From an uncultured Maribacter sp. (GTDB lineage: Bacteria > Bacteroidota > Bacteroidia > Flavobacteriales > Flavobacteriaceae), in assembly GCA_937125035.1 (NCBI GenBank), contig CAKZLG010000223.1:1-57899 (forward strand): 57,899 nt of DNA, written 5' to 3'. The notes under the pieces are model-generated. The model did not search any database. It worked only from the letters and a program-made list of their open reading frames with translations, and was not told where the DNA came from. This document shows, piece after piece, positions 19,205 to 29,636 of the stretch (position 1 is the first letter of the stretch; each line of letters starts with the position of its first letter). The position numbers and the translations under genes were made by a program.

Positions 19205-21655
19205 CTATAGTTCTTTGGCGTTCTTCACCTTGGTCTTGGTCAGGGCCAGATGGATCACCTCATGCATGTCCTTAACATAGTGAAAAGTGAGCCCTTTAAG
19301 GTATTCCTCCTTGATTTCCTTTACGTCCCGCTCATTGTCCGCACATAAGATGATTTCCTTGATACGCGCCCTTTTGGCCGCCAATATCTTTTCTTTGATC
19401 CCCCCCACTGGAAGTACCTTGCCCCTTAAGGTGATCTCCCCCGTCATGGCCAGGCTTTTCTTGACCTTTCTTTGGGTAAAGAGGGAAACCAAAGAGGTCA
19501 ACATGGTGATGCCCGCACTGGGCCCATCCTTTGGGGTTGCCCCTTCTGGAACGTGTATGTGTACATTGTATTTTTCAAAAATATCATTGTCCAGCCCAAA
19601 GCGATCGGCATTTGATTTGATATATTCCATGGCTATAGTGGCCGATTCCTTCATTACCTTGCCCAAATTGCCCGTAATGCTCAAATTCCCCTTACCTTTT
19701 GATAGGATGGATTCTATAAAAAGAATATCGCCCCCAACGCTGGTCCATGCCAAACCTGTGACCACGCCTGCCACTTCATTGTCCTCATACTTATCCCGCT
19801 CCATTTTAGGTGCACCCAGCACTTCTACCACATCATTGTTATCCACTTTTACATGATAGGGCTCATCCACAGCAATGTTTTTGGCGGCATAGCGTACCAT
19901 TTTGGCAATCTGTTTTTCCAAGGCGCGCACTCCAGATTCGCGCGTATATCCTTCCACGATCTTTTCCAACTGCGGTTTGCCAATTTTCAGATCTTTTGCC
20001 GTAAGTCCGTGCTCCTCCAATTGTTTGGGGAGCAGGTGTTTTTTGGCAATTTCCACTTTCTCCTCTATGGTGTAACCGTTCACATGGATGATTTCCATAC
20101 GATCGCGCAAGGCCGGCTGAATGGTAGATAGATTGTTGGCCGTGGCTATGAACATCACTTTAGAAAGGTCGTAACCCATTTCCAAAAAATTATCGTGAAA
20201 ATCATTGTTCTGCTCCGGATCCAATACCTCTAGCATGGCCGAGGATGGATCACCTTGGTGGCTGTTGGAGAGTTTATCTATCTCATCCAATATGAACACA
20301 GGGTTGGAGGTGCCCGCTTTTTTCAGATTTTGGATGATGCGCCCGGGCATGGCACCAATATAGGTCTTTCTATGCCCGCGTATCTCCGCTTCATCTCGCA
20401 AACCGCCCAGGGACATTCTCATATATTGCCTGCCCAAAGCCTCCGCCACGGATTTCCCCAAGGAGGTCTTGCCCACGCCCGGGGGGCCATATAGACACAA
20501 AATGGGCGACTTCATATCGTTTCGCAACTTCAGTACGGCCAAATATTCAATGATCCGTTTTTTCACATCCTCCAGGCCATAATGATCCCTATCCAAAATA
20601 CGCTGTGCTCTTTTTAGATCAAACTTGTCCTTGCTGTACTCGTTCCAAGGGAGGTCCAAAAGCAGGTCCAAATAGTTGCGCTGAATGGAATATTCAGCCA
20701 CTTGGGGGTTCATACGCTGCATCTTGGCCAGCTCTTTGTTAAAATGCTCCGCCACTTTTTTGCCCCATTTCTTCTTTTTTCCACGCGCCCGCATCTCCTC
20801 CAATTCCTCATCATAGGACACACCTCCCAGCTCCTCTTGGATGGTCTTCATCTGTTGGTGCAGGAAATATTCCCGTTGTTGTTGGTCCAGATCGCTCCTT
20901 ACCTTGCTCTGTATGTCATTTTTGAGCTCCAATTTCTGCAGCTCAATGTTCATGTACTTCAAGGTAGAGAGGGCACGCTCCTGTAGGTTGCTTATTTCCA
21001 ATAGCTCCTGTTTGGCCTGCACCTCTAGATTGAGATTGGAGGACACAAAGTTGATCAAAAAGGAATTGCTCTGAATGTTCTTAATGGCAAACGAGGCCTC
21101 ACTGGGAATGTTGGGGTTGTCCCTGATGATTTTCAAGGCCAAGTCCTTTATACTTTCTATAATAGCAAGAAACTCCTTGTTCCCGGCCGCTGGGCGCTCT
21201 TCCTTGGTCTCCCTCACCGTAGCGGTGATGTATGGTTTTTTGGTGAGGACCTCTGCGATCTCAAAGCGCTTTTTACCCTGTATGATCACCGTGGTATTGC
21301 CGTCTGGCATTTGCAGCACGCGCAAGATGCGCGCCACGGTTCCTAAGGTATGAATGTCCTTGATTTCCGGGTTTTCCGTTTGTTCGTCCTTTTGGGAAAC
21401 CACACCAATGACCTTAGAACCATTGTTGGCATCCTTGATCAAGCGAATGGATTTGTCCCTACCGGCCGTGATTGGGATAACAACACCGGGAAACAGTACT
21501 GTATTGCGCAAAGGCAATATGGGCAAGGTCTCGGGAAGCTCCTCACTGTTCATCTGCTCCTCATCCTCAGCCGTTAATAGTGGTATTAATTCTGAATCCT
21601 CATCTATATTTTGCAAGGACATATTGTCAAAATTTGAAAATTTCGATTCTCCCAT
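19205..21655 (-). CDS. lon: ATP-dependent Lon protease
   Basis: [27 protein letters not shown] and the catalytic PKDGPSAG and GGIKEK motifs. Confidence 0.97.
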   Translation of the reverse strand: MGESKFSNFDNMSLQNIDEDSELIPLLTAEDEEQMNSEELPETLPILPLRNTVLFPGVVIPITAGRDKSIRLIKDANNGSKVIGVVSQKDEQTENPEIKDIHTLGTVARILRVLQMPDGNTTVIIQGKKRFEIAEVLTKKPYITATVRETKEERPAAGNKEFLAIIESIKDLALKIIRDNPNIPSEASFAIKNIQSNSFLINFVSSNLNLEVQAKQELLEISNLQERALSTLKYMNIELQKLELKNDIQSKVRSDLDQQQREYFLHQQMKTIQEELGGVSYDEELEEMRARGKKKKWGKKVAEHFNKELAKMQRMNPQVAEYSIQRNYLDLLLDLPWNEYSKDKFDLKRAQRILDRDHYGLEDVKKRIIEYLAVLKLRNDMKSPILCLYGPPGVGKTSLGKSVAEALGRQYMRMSLGGLRDEAEIRGHRKTYIGAMPGRIIQNLKKAGTSNPVFILDEIDKLSNSHQGDPSSAMLEVLDPEQNNDFHDNFLEMGYDLSKVMFIATANNLSTIQPALRDRMEIIHVNGYTIEEKVEIAKKHLLPKQLEEHGLTAKDLKIGKPQLEKIVEGYTRESGVRALEKQIAKMVRYAAKNIAVDEPYHVKVDNNDVVEVLGAPKMERDKYEDNEVAGVVTGLAWTSVGGDILFIESILSKGKGNLSITGNLGKVMKESATIAMEYIKSNADRFGLDNDIFEKYNVHIHVPEGATPKDGPSAGITMLTSLVSLFTQRKVKKSLAMTGEITLRGKVLPVGGIKEKILAAKRARIKEIILCADNERDVKEIKEEYLKGLTFHYVKDMHEVIHLALTKTKVKNAKEL

Positions 21656-21783
21656 AGTTCAATATCGGTCATTCTGTCATTAAGATGACGTTTATATTAG
21701 CTCTATAATGCGCTCTAGGCCTACCAAACAAGTCATTTAAGCAATTATAGCCCTTTTGCACAGCATTTTTATAATCCCCTAGT

Positions 21784-21799
21784 TCAATTCCCGTGCCAA
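21784..21799 (-). promoter_or_regulatory. Sigma54-like -24/-12 element upstream of lon
   Basis: The minus strand reads TTGGCACG-GGAA-TTGA, against the consensus TGGCACG-N4-TTGC. Confidence 0.55.
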
Positions 21800-21872
21800 G
21801 TTCCCCATATGACAACGGATAGGACATTTTTTACCAATATGCCGTCTTGCACCAATTTTTTTTCCAACAAAA

Positions 21873-21900
21873 GTGTAACAATGGGTAACTTGGTGCATCC
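21873..21900 (+). promoter_or_regulatory. Putative ECF-sigma autoregulatory promoter
   Basis: TGTAAC-N16-CATC upstream of the ECF sigma gene. The same GTGTAACAATG occurs upstream of the second ECF gene. Confidence 0.5.
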
Positions 21901-21921
21901 CTATACTAAACCAATTACTTT

Positions 21922-22479
21922 TTGAGCCAAGAAAAGGAACATATTGATGTATTGTTGGTACAGTGCACAGAGGGTGTACAACGTGCACAGGTTGAAGTTT
22001 ACCGACGTTATTACAAGGCCATGTACAACACCGCCGTTAGGATCGTAAAGGATACGGCAGAGGCGGAAGATGTAATGCAGGAGGCTTTTTTAAAAGCCTT
22101 TACCAAGCTCCACACCTTTAAGGGAGAAGTGGCTTTTGGGGCATGGCTGAAACGTATCGTGATCAACCACAGCATACACCATTATAAAAAGAAAAAAAGG
22201 AAGAAGGAAGTGGATTTGGACGATCACATGTACAAGGTCGAGGATAATGACGTAATTGCCCCGGACCATGTGTCAACAGAACAAAAGGCTCAAAAAGTAA
22301 TGGAGACCATGAACCGATTAAAGGACAACTACAGAATTTCCTTGACCTTACATTTGATAGAGGGCTATGATTATGAGGAGATCAGTGCCATTATGAACAT
22401 AAGCTATGCCAATTGCAGAACCACCATTTCACGGGCAAAGGAAAGTTTGAGAAAACAGTTAACAGCAGTAAGTATATGA
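21922..22479 (+). CDS. ECF sigma-70 factor
   Basis: Region 2 AED.MQEAF..AF and FGAWLKRIV.N, plus a region 4 HTH (YEEIS.IM.IS....RT.ISRA). Confidence 0.92.
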   Translation: MSQEKEHIDVLLVQCTEGVQRAQVEVYRRYYKAMYNTAVRIVKDTAEAEDVMQEAFLKAFTKLHTFKGEVAFGAWLKRIVINHSIHHYKKKKRKKEVDLDDHMYKVEDNDVIAPDHVSTEQKAQKVMETMNRLKDNYRISLTLHLIEGYDYEEISAIMNISYANCRTTISRAKESLRKQLTAVSI

Positions 22480-23030
22480 ACAAAGATACCATAGACCGGA
22501 TGTTTGAGGACCTCAGCGGACAGTTTGATACCCAGACCCCGCCAGTAGGTCACCAAGAAAGGTTCCTGGACCGTATCCGTGCACAAAAAAAGAGGCCTAC
22601 GGTCCGTAAACGTTCATTGTGGGCGTCTTTATCCATGGCGGCCACCCTCCTGATCCTTGTGGGGCTTGCGTTGGGACAGTTCACCACTGCCCCCAGTGTA
22701 ACGGAACAAGTGGCCAAAATCTCTCCTGAAATTGGGCAAACACAATTTTATTTTTCCAGTCTGGTAGAAGAACAAATCAAGGACCTAGAGGCACGCCGCT
22801 CCCCCAAAACGGAAAAGATCATTGGTGATACCATGGCGCAGATGCAGGCGCTGGAAAGTGATTTCAGCCTTTTGGAAGAAGAATTGATCAACGGCGGAAA
22901 CAGTAAATTGATCCTAAGTGCCATGATTACCAATTTCCAGACCCGGATAGACCTATTGCAATCCGTTATGGAACAAATTGAACAGCTAACAACAGTAAAA
23001 AACATCACAGATGAAGAACATACCCTTTAA
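22476..23030 (+). CDS. Putative single-pass anti-sigma factor
   Basis: ATGA overlap with the sigma gene, a GH..RF motif, one TM helix and a helical periplasmic domain. Confidence 0.65.
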   Translation: MNKDTIDRMFEDLSGQFDTQTPPVGHQERFLDRIRAQKKRPTVRKRSLWASLSMAATLLILVGLALGQFTTAPSVTEQVAKISPEIGQTQFYFSSLVEEQIKDLEARRSPKTEKIIGDTMAQMQALESDFSLLEEELINGGNSKLILSAMITNFQTRIDLLQSVMEQIEQLTTVKNITDEEHTL

Positions 23031-24099
23031 AACAATACTGTTTCTTGCAGTAGTACCTTTGCTCCTGTGGGGCCATACCCCGCTGCCCCATGGTAAATTC
23101 ACCAAAGAGAAGACCATAAAAAAGGAATTCAATGTAAATGCCACAGCACTGCTCAAGGTGCACAACAGTTATGGCAACCTCAACATTACCTCGTGGAATG
23201 AGAACAGGGTAGTCATAGAGGTCCATATCAAGACCACGGGGAACAATGAGGAAAAAGTGGCCCGTAAACTAGAGGAGATCACCGTGGATTTTGAATCCGA
23301 TAGCGATCTTGTTTCCGCCAAGACCAATTTTGGCAATAGTCGCAGCAGCTGGGGCTGGAACTGGGGCAAGAACAACAACGTTAACATGCAGGTCAACTAT
23401 ACCATTAAGGTACCGATAAAAAACAGTGTAACCCTAGATAATGATTACGGCAACATCAGCATAGACCGCATTGATGGCCATGCCAAGATCCATTGTGATT
23501 ACGGCCGGTTGAATGTTGGGGAGCTCTGGGGCCGAAACAATTCCCTGAATTTTGACTACACGTCAAAATCCACCTTTGGTTTTGTAAACAGTGCTGAAAT
23601 ACGGGCGGACTACTCTAGCTTTACCATAGAAAAGGCAGGGAATTTAAAACTGTTGACAGACTATACGGATGCCACCATCCTAGAAATGGAAAATTTGGAA
23701 TATACCAGTGACTATGGTAAAATTGAGGTAAAGGAGGCAAAGCACATTAAGGGTACGGGAGACTACATTACCGTGCGCTTGGGCGTGGTACATGGCGATG
23801 TTGACATTACGGCAGACTATGGTTCCCTGCGCATAGATGAAATGGCCCAAGGTGCGGGTAACATTACGATGAGTACGGATTACACGGGCATTAAGATAGG
23901 CTACCACCCCAATTATCATTTCAACTTTAACATTTCCACCAGCTATGCCGGTGTCAGCGGAAAGGACCCTTTTCAAATCAACATAAGCACTGAAAAATCA
24001 TCCTCGCGCCACTATGAAGGCTATTACGGCAGCCCGCAAAGCGGCAATGATGTTATTTTGAAGAGCGATTATGGCAGTATCAACTTCACACAATTATAA
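23011..24099 (+). CDS. Exported beta-solenoid repeat protein (DUF4097 / putative adhesin-like)
   Basis: Signal peptide and about 11 periodic xDY[GST] turns. Confidence 0.65.
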   Translation: MKNIPFKTILFLAVVPLLLWGHTPLPHGKFTKEKTIKKEFNVNATALLKVHNSYGNLNITSWNENRVVIEVHIKTTGNNEEKVARKLEEITVDFESDSDLVSAKTNFGNSRSSWGWNWGKNNNVNMQVNYTIKVPIKNSVTLDNDYGNISIDRIDGHAKIHCDYGRLNVGELWGRNNSLNFDYTSKSTFGFVNSAEIRADYSSFTIEKAGNLKLLTDYTDATILEMENLEYTSDYGKIEVKEAKHIKGTGDYITVRLGVVHGDVDITADYGSLRIDEMAQGAGNITMSTDYTGIKIGYHPNYHFNFNISTSYAGVSGKDPFQINISTEKSSSRHYEGYYGSPQSGNDVILKSDYGSINFTQL

Positions 24100-24121
24100 T
24101 CATCAAAAAAAACAAAACACC

Positions 24122-24844
24122 ATGAAAAAAACAACTCTGGTCCTTCTGGGCCTATTGACCCTATCCTGCTCGGCCCAATGGGGGAAAAGAATAAAGGGAA
24201 ACGGAAACGAGACCACGATAACCCGTTCCACCGCTGAATATGACGAAGTGGCCCTATCCGGTTGGTTTGATGTTCTCCTGGTGGAAGGCCAGGAAGGAGA
24301 GCTGACCCTCACGGGTGAGTCCAATCTCCTGGATTACATCAAAACAGAGGTTAAGAACGGAAAACTTACCATTAAAGCGGAAAACGGGGTGAATTTAAAG
24401 CCCTCCAATTGGAACAGCGGCATTACCATTACGGTGCCCGTGGCCTCCATCAATGCGGTGACCATGTCCGGATCGGGCGATATCATGGGCAAAACGACCA
24501 TCCGCACAGCCCAGATGGCCACGACCATGTCCGGTTCAGGAGACATCACCTTAACCATTGAAGCGGAACGTATCACGGCCACCATGTCCGGTTCCGGGGA
24601 CATCAACCTTGCGGGAAGCACACAAGATTTTGAGGCCACCATTTCCGGGAGTGGGGACATTGAGGCGTTTGACCTTGAAGCGGAACACGTGGACGCCACG
24701 GTATCCGGTTCGGCAGACATTCAGGTGACCGCCAACCGATCCCTCACAGCACGGGTATCTGGTTCTGGGGACATCACCTACCGCGGCAATCCTGAAAAAA
24801 TGGATACCAGGACATCCGGTTCTGGGGATATCTCAAAATATTGA
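24122..24844 (+). CDS. Head GIN domain (DUF2807) protein
   Basis: Signal peptide, KGNG.....R and seven SGS[GA]DI repeats. Confidence 0.85.
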   Translation: MKKTTLVLLGLLTLSCSAQWGKRIKGNGNETTITRSTAEYDEVALSGWFDVLLVEGQEGELTLTGESNLLDYIKTEVKNGKLTIKAENGVNLKPSNWNSGITITVPVASINAVTMSGSGDIMGKTTIRTAQMATTMSGSGDITLTIEAERITATMSGSGDINLAGSTQDFEATISGSGDIEAFDLEAEHVDATVSGSADIQVTANRSLTARVSGSGDITYRGNPEKMDTRTSGSGDISKY

Positions 24845-24909
24845 TCAAACCAGCCGTACCCAAAGTAAAAGCTGTCACAAGAAAGGTATTGCCTTTTTAA
24901 GGACAGTTT

Positions 24910-26235
24910 TTATTTTTTTACCCGGAACAAGAGGAACATGCCCGTTAGGAAAAACAGGCCCAAAAAAATAATGGCATTCCGCATACTGCCCGTATATTGG
25001 GCAATAAAGCCGTAGAGGAAGGTGCCTATGACAATGCCTATTTTTTCGGATACGTCATAAAAGCTGAAAAATGAAGCGGTATCTGTGGTTTCGGGGAGAA
25101 ATTTGGAATACGTGGACCTTGAAAGAGCCTGTATGCCTCCCATTACAAGCCCTACACACCCTGCGGCAATATAGAAATCCATGGGGGTGATCAAAAAGAA
25201 CGCATAGATACAGATGACCACCCACAGGGCATTCACTATGATCAAGGTGCGTATGTTCCCAAATCGCGAGGAAGCCCAAGCGGTAGCATTGGCGCCCAAA
25301 ATGGCCACTATTTGAATGACAAGAATACTAACGATCAAACCTGTGGTCCGCTCACTGTCCGTGCCCCATGCTATTTCTTCTTCCCCAAAATACGTAGCAA
25401 TGAGCATGACCGTCTGTACTGCCATGCTGTACACGAAAAAAGCCCCCAAATAGCGCTTTAGCCTTACTTCTTTTCCCAGTTGTTCCCACACCGCACGCAG
25501 CTCCTTGAAACCATTGAGCACCACGTGGGTGCGTTCGCCCTCTTTTCTGTAACCTTTGGGCAGATGGTAAAAAGTGTACTGGGCAAAGATGATCCACCAG
25601 ATGCCTACGGAAACAAAGGAATACTTCATGGCCTTCATTTCGGCCGGGCCACTGTCATCGGATACAATGCCGAAAAGGTCTGGTTTCATGACCATGGCCA
25701 AATTGAACAACAACAAGATCACACTGCCCACATAGCCCATGGAAAAACCTTTGGCACTTATCCTATCCTGTTGTTCTGGAAAGGCCACATCGGGCAGGTA
25801 GGAATTATTGATGGCAAAACTTACCCAAAACCCTATCAGACCCAAAAAGTAGAACAACAGGCCCATATGGATATTGGCCAATGTAAACCAATAGAGGCCT
25901 ATACAGGAAACCCCGCCCAGATAGCAAAAGAATTTCATGAACATCTTTTTGTTCCCCATATAATCCGCAATGCCGGACAATAAGGGGGTCACCACCGCTA
26001 TGACCACAAAGGCAAGCGAGGTGGTATAGCTTATAAGGGGCGCCCGGGCAATCTCGCCCCCAAACATGGACACTTTCTCAATGCCCGCCAAACGGAAGAG
26101 GGCCCCATAATAAATGGGGAAAATAGCGGAGGCAATGACCAGACTGTACACGGAATTGGCCCAATCATAAAAGGCCCAGGCATTCAGTAATTTTTTACTG
26201 CCCTTTAGGGGAATGGATTTTATCATAGTGGTCAC
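24910..26235 (-). CDS. MFS transporter (UMF1/Atg22-like)
   Basis: WA.YDWANS, about 12 TM helices, S..GF..GY.G and QALSRS motifs. The true start may be the ATG at 26226. Confidence 0.85.
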   Translation of the reverse strand: MTTMIKSIPLKGSKKLLNAWAFYDWANSVYSLVIASAIFPIYYGALFRLAGIEKVSMFGGEIARAPLISYTTSLAFVVIAVVTPLLSGIADYMGNKKMFMKFFCYLGGVSCIGLYWFTLANIHMGLLFYFLGLIGFWVSFAINNSYLPDVAFPEQQDRISAKGFSMGYVGSVILLLFNLAMVMKPDLFGIVSDDSGPAEMKAMKYSFVSVGIWWIIFAQYTFYHLPKGYRKEGERTHVVLNGFKELRAVWEQLGKEVRLKRYLGAFFVYSMAVQTVMLIATYFGEEEIAWGTDSERTTGLIVSILVIQIVAILGANATAWASSRFGNIRTLIIVNALWVVICIYAFFLITPMDFYIAAGCVGLVMGGIQALSRSTYSKFLPETTDTASFFSFYDVSEKIGIVIGTFLYGFIAQYTGSMRNAIIFLGLFFLTGMFLLFRVKK

Positions 26236-26263
26236 AAAAAAAGCCGCTCCTTTATGGAACGGC
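26236..26263 (-). terminator. Intrinsic terminator after the M48 peptidase gene
   Basis: The minus strand reads GCCGTTCC-ATAAA-GGAGCGGC-TTTTTTT. Confidence 0.7.
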
Positions 26264-26291
26264 CCTCAATATACAATAAATGTGGTATCCG

Positions 26292-27101
26292 TTATTTAAA
26301 ATCAACGACCCCAAATTTGGCGGCTTCCTCCTTGGCCAAGGGTGCCCATGCCGTAAGATTGTTGATGCGCGTATCATTGCTGGGGTGGGTGCTCATGAAT
26401 TCAGGTGGTGCCTCCCCGCCACTTTTTGCCTTCATCCTGCGCCATAGATCTGCTGCTTCATCTGGATCATAACCGGCTATGGCCATGATCTGCAGACCAA
26501 TACGATCGGCCTCTGTTTCATGGCTTCTACTAAAAGGGAGCATGACCCCCACTTGGGAACCAATACCATAGGCCTGGTTGAACATATTTCGTTTTTGTGG
26601 GTCTTGTATGGCAATATTTCCTGCTACGGCCCCCAATTGCTGAAGCATGCCCGCACTCATACGCTGCGCCCCGTGATCCGCCAGCGCGTGTGCCACTTCA
26701 TGGCCCATGACCACGGCTACACCGGTTTCATTTTGGCAGATGGGCATAATGCCGGTATAGAAAACAATCTTACCCCCAGGCATGCACCAGGCGTTCACCG
26801 TTTCATCCTTAACAAGGTTGTATTCCCACTTATAGTCACTTAGATAACCAGGATGTCCATTGGCCACCAGCCAACGCTCCGCTGCGGCAGATATGCGCTG
26901 CCCCACCCTCCTCAACATATTGGCCTCTGCCGTACCTGTAATGACGTTGTTCTCATTCAAAAACTGGTCATATTGGGCAAATGCCGTTGGAAATATCTGA
27001 CTATTGGGATAAAAATTAAGGGTTTTTTGGCCTGTGAAAGGATTCACCTTACAGGCAGAGGCCCCTAAAAAAAGGGCCATCATCAATATTATTTTTCTCA
27101 T
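26292..27101 (-). CDS. M48 family metallopeptidase (lipoprotein)
   Basis: Lipobox ASAC, NAWCMPGG, HEVAH, SR.HE.EAD and STHP motifs. Confidence 0.92.
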   Translation of the reverse strand: MRKIILMMALFLGASACKVNPFTGQKTLNFYPNSQIFPTAFAQYDQFLNENNVITGTAEANMLRRVGQRISAAAERWLVANGHPGYLSDYKWEYNLVKDETVNAWCMPGGKIVFYTGIMPICQNETGVAVVMGHEVAHALADHGAQRMSAGMLQQLGAVAGNIAIQDPQKRNMFNQAYGIGSQVGVMLPFSRSHETEADRIGLQIMAIAGYDPDEAADLWRRMKAKSGGEAPPEFMSTHPSNDTRINNLTAWAPLAKEEAAKFGVVDFK

Positions 27102-27137
27102 TTTCTATAGTGTTTAGCCCCGAAATTTACAAAATAA

Positions 27138-29537
27138 TTATTTCCCCGTAATGTGCAATAACGTAAAGTTCTTGTCTATATACATGATATTGCTGCCATT
27201 GGGCTTCACGGATTTAAGGTCCACTTTTTCATTATCCACCATGACCTTCTCAATTTTAAAGGGAAGGCCATGAAAGTTGAACTTCAACGTACTGTAATCC
27301 GTTACAAAGCTACCATCCTTAAATTGCTGTATGCTCAACGATTTCTCTTTCCCGGTGAGTTTGAAATTCCGGAGTGAATAACGACCCTTTTTGTAATCAT
27401 AGCCATCTTGGGCATCCTCATAGACTTCTGAGGACTCCACCCCTTCCTTGAAATAAACATCCAACAGCAGCTCCTCCAGTTGTTTCTCACCAATATATTG
27501 CTGTACCGGATATTTGGGAACAATGGCGCCCGCTTTAATGTACAATGGAATCTTATCCAATTCGGCCTCTACCCATTTTTCCATTCCGCCTTCTATAACC
27601 TCTTCTGTCCAAAAATTATACCATTTCCCCCTTGGAATGTACATGCGCCTACCCTGGGCACTGGGTTCCTGAACGGGGCAGACCAATATCTGTTCGCCAA
27701 AAATGAACTCATCTGTCCTAAAATGGGTCTGCGGATCGTCTTGATCAAAATAGACCAAGGGCTGCAACATGGGCTTATGGTCCTTGGTGTACTTGTAGAA
27801 CATGGTGTACAGGTAGGGCATCAATTGATACCTTATCTCTATGAACTTACGCACAATGTCCGTGATTTCGGTACCAAAGGACCAAGGTTCCTGATCCCCA
27901 TGGTCACCACTGCTGTGTACCCTACAGAACGGATGGAAAACCCCCAATTGCACCCATCGCGCGAACAGTTCGCCATTGGGCTGTTCAGCAAAGCCTCCAA
28001 TATCCGACCCCACAAAGGAGTAGCCGCTCATGCACATACGCTGCATCTGCACATTGGCGATCCAGAGGTGTTCCCAAGTGGCCACGTTATCGCCCGTCCA
28101 TGTAGAGGAATAACGTTGTGTGCCGGCATAGGCCGCGCGGGTAATGACAAAGGGGCGTTTGGGATAGACATATTTCTTTACACCCTCATAGGTGGCCCGT
28201 ACCATCTGCATGCCATACACGTTGTGCGCCTTTCTGTGGGTACATGGGTGGCCATCATAATCATGCCGGGTATCCAAGGGTGCGGTCTTGCTAGGCACTT
28301 CCATAACGGCTGGTTCATTCATATCGTTCCATACGGCATGTACGCCCAATTCTGACATGAACTCCTTATAGAGCTCCGCCCACCATTCCCTCACTTCTGG
28401 ATTGGTAAAGTCTGGGAAATTACATTCCCCGGGCCATACCTTGCCATGCATTAGTGGGCCATCTCCCCGTTTGCAGAAATAGTCATTTTCCTTGGCTTCC
28501 GTATAAACCCAGTAATCCTTGTCTATCTTAATGCCTGGATCGATCATGACCACGGTCTTGAATCCATCTTCCTCCAGTTCATCGATCATTCTTTTAGGAT
28601 CGGGAAAATGGTTCTTGTCCCATGTAAAACACCGAAACCCATCCATATAATCAATATCCAGATAAATGGCGTCACAAGGTATGTTCAGCTCCCGGAATTT
28701 GGCGGCGATTTCCTTTACATTGCTCTCCGGATAGTAGCTCCATTTGGACTGGTGGTATCCCAAGGCCCACATGGGAGGGAGCTCCGGGGTACCGGTGAGA
28801 TTGGAATAGCCATCTACCACCTTGGACATTTCTGGCCCGTAAATAAAATAATAGTTCATTTCGCCTCCGTCCGCCCAAAAACTGGTAATGTTCCTGCGTT
28901 CGTGGGCAAAATCAAAATGGGTCTTGAAACTATTGTCAAAAAAGATACCGTAAGCAGATCCCTTATGTAGGCCTATATAAAAGGGTATGGCCTTGTACAA
29001 TGGGTCCTGATCCTTGCCATAGGCATATTGGTCCGTTACCCAATTGCTAAGACGCCTGCCTTTTAAGTTACTATGGGTGGCCTTATCCCCCATCCCATAG
29101 AAACTCTCCCCTGTTTGGGTGATCTTGCTCATTTTTACGGTGTTGCCCCCGTACTGGTAGTTTTCCTCCCAGTGAAAACCGAGTTCATCCTCATTGATGA
29201 TCTTGCCCTCTAAATCGGATATCTGAATGCGCAACGTGCTCTTATCCACCAATATGTGTATCCTGGCCGTTTTAATGATGTACTCGGTATCCCGCTCCTC
29301 CACCTCAAGGGTACTATAGCCCACCGTGGCCGCGGCATCTATGGCGTAAGAGAAATCTGGTTCAAATGTAAGCCCGGTAGCATATCTAAAGCGGATGACG
29401 CTCCCGCGCAATATGTGTACTTGGAGGATAACGCCATTCTCCGTGGTAAAATAGAACTTGTCCGTATCCTGTTTGAAATCAATTATCTGGTTAGGGTACA
29501 AATTTCCCTTATATTCTAATTCCGTATTGGTGATCAT
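27138..29537 (-). CDS. Glycoside hydrolase family 31 alpha-glucosidase
   Basis: LDIDYMD, the WNDMNEP nucleophile, the WTGDN acid/base and GSDIGGF. Confidence 0.93.
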   Translation of the reverse strand: MITNTELEYKGNLYPNQIIDFKQDTDKFYFTTENGVILQVHILRGSVIRFRYATGLTFEPDFSYAIDAAATVGYSTLEVEERDTEYIIKTARIHILVDKSTLRIQISDLEGKIINEDELGFHWEENYQYGGNTVKMSKITQTGESFYGMGDKATHSNLKGRRLSNWVTDQYAYGKDQDPLYKAIPFYIGLHKGSAYGIFFDNSFKTHFDFAHERRNITSFWADGGEMNYYFIYGPEMSKVVDGYSNLTGTPELPPMWALGYHQSKWSYYPESNVKEIAAKFRELNIPCDAIYLDIDYMDGFRCFTWDKNHFPDPKRMIDELEEDGFKTVVMIDPGIKIDKDYWVYTEAKENDYFCKRGDGPLMHGKVWPGECNFPDFTNPEVREWWAELYKEFMSELGVHAVWNDMNEPAVMEVPSKTAPLDTRHDYDGHPCTHRKAHNVYGMQMVRATYEGVKKYVYPKRPFVITRAAYAGTQRYSSTWTGDNVATWEHLWIANVQMQRMCMSGYSFVGSDIGGFAEQPNGELFARWVQLGVFHPFCRVHSSGDHGDQEPWSFGTEITDIVRKFIEIRYQLMPYLYTMFYKYTKDHKPMLQPLVYFDQDDPQTHFRTDEFIFGEQILVCPVQEPSAQGRRMYIPRGKWYNFWTEEVIEGGMEKWVEAELDKIPLYIKAGAIVPKYPVQQYIGEKQLEELLLDVYFKEGVESSEVYEDAQDGYDYKKGRYSLRNFKLTGKEKSLSIQQFKDGSFVTDYSTLKFNFHGLPFKIEKVMVDNEKVDLKSVKPNGSNIMYIDKNFTLLHITGK

Positions 29538-29636
29538 ACCTGTTTTGTTTAAAACCTAGCAAAAAAAACATATCTGTCCGAGAATAGGAAATATAATACG
29601 TGCAATTGCAAACAATAACGATTTAAGTAAAAAAAG

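Noticed and set aside
24460-24830. Recurrent ACCATGTCCGG-like DNA repeats as a possible CRISPR array
   Set aside because: They are degenerate, in frame and encode the SGSGDI repeats of the GIN domain. There are no cas genes.
27480-28355. Long antisense ORFs (also 29691-30626, 33880-34626 and 45302-46327)
   Set aside because: They are shadow frames of well-supported genes on the opposite strand and show no protein-like motifs.
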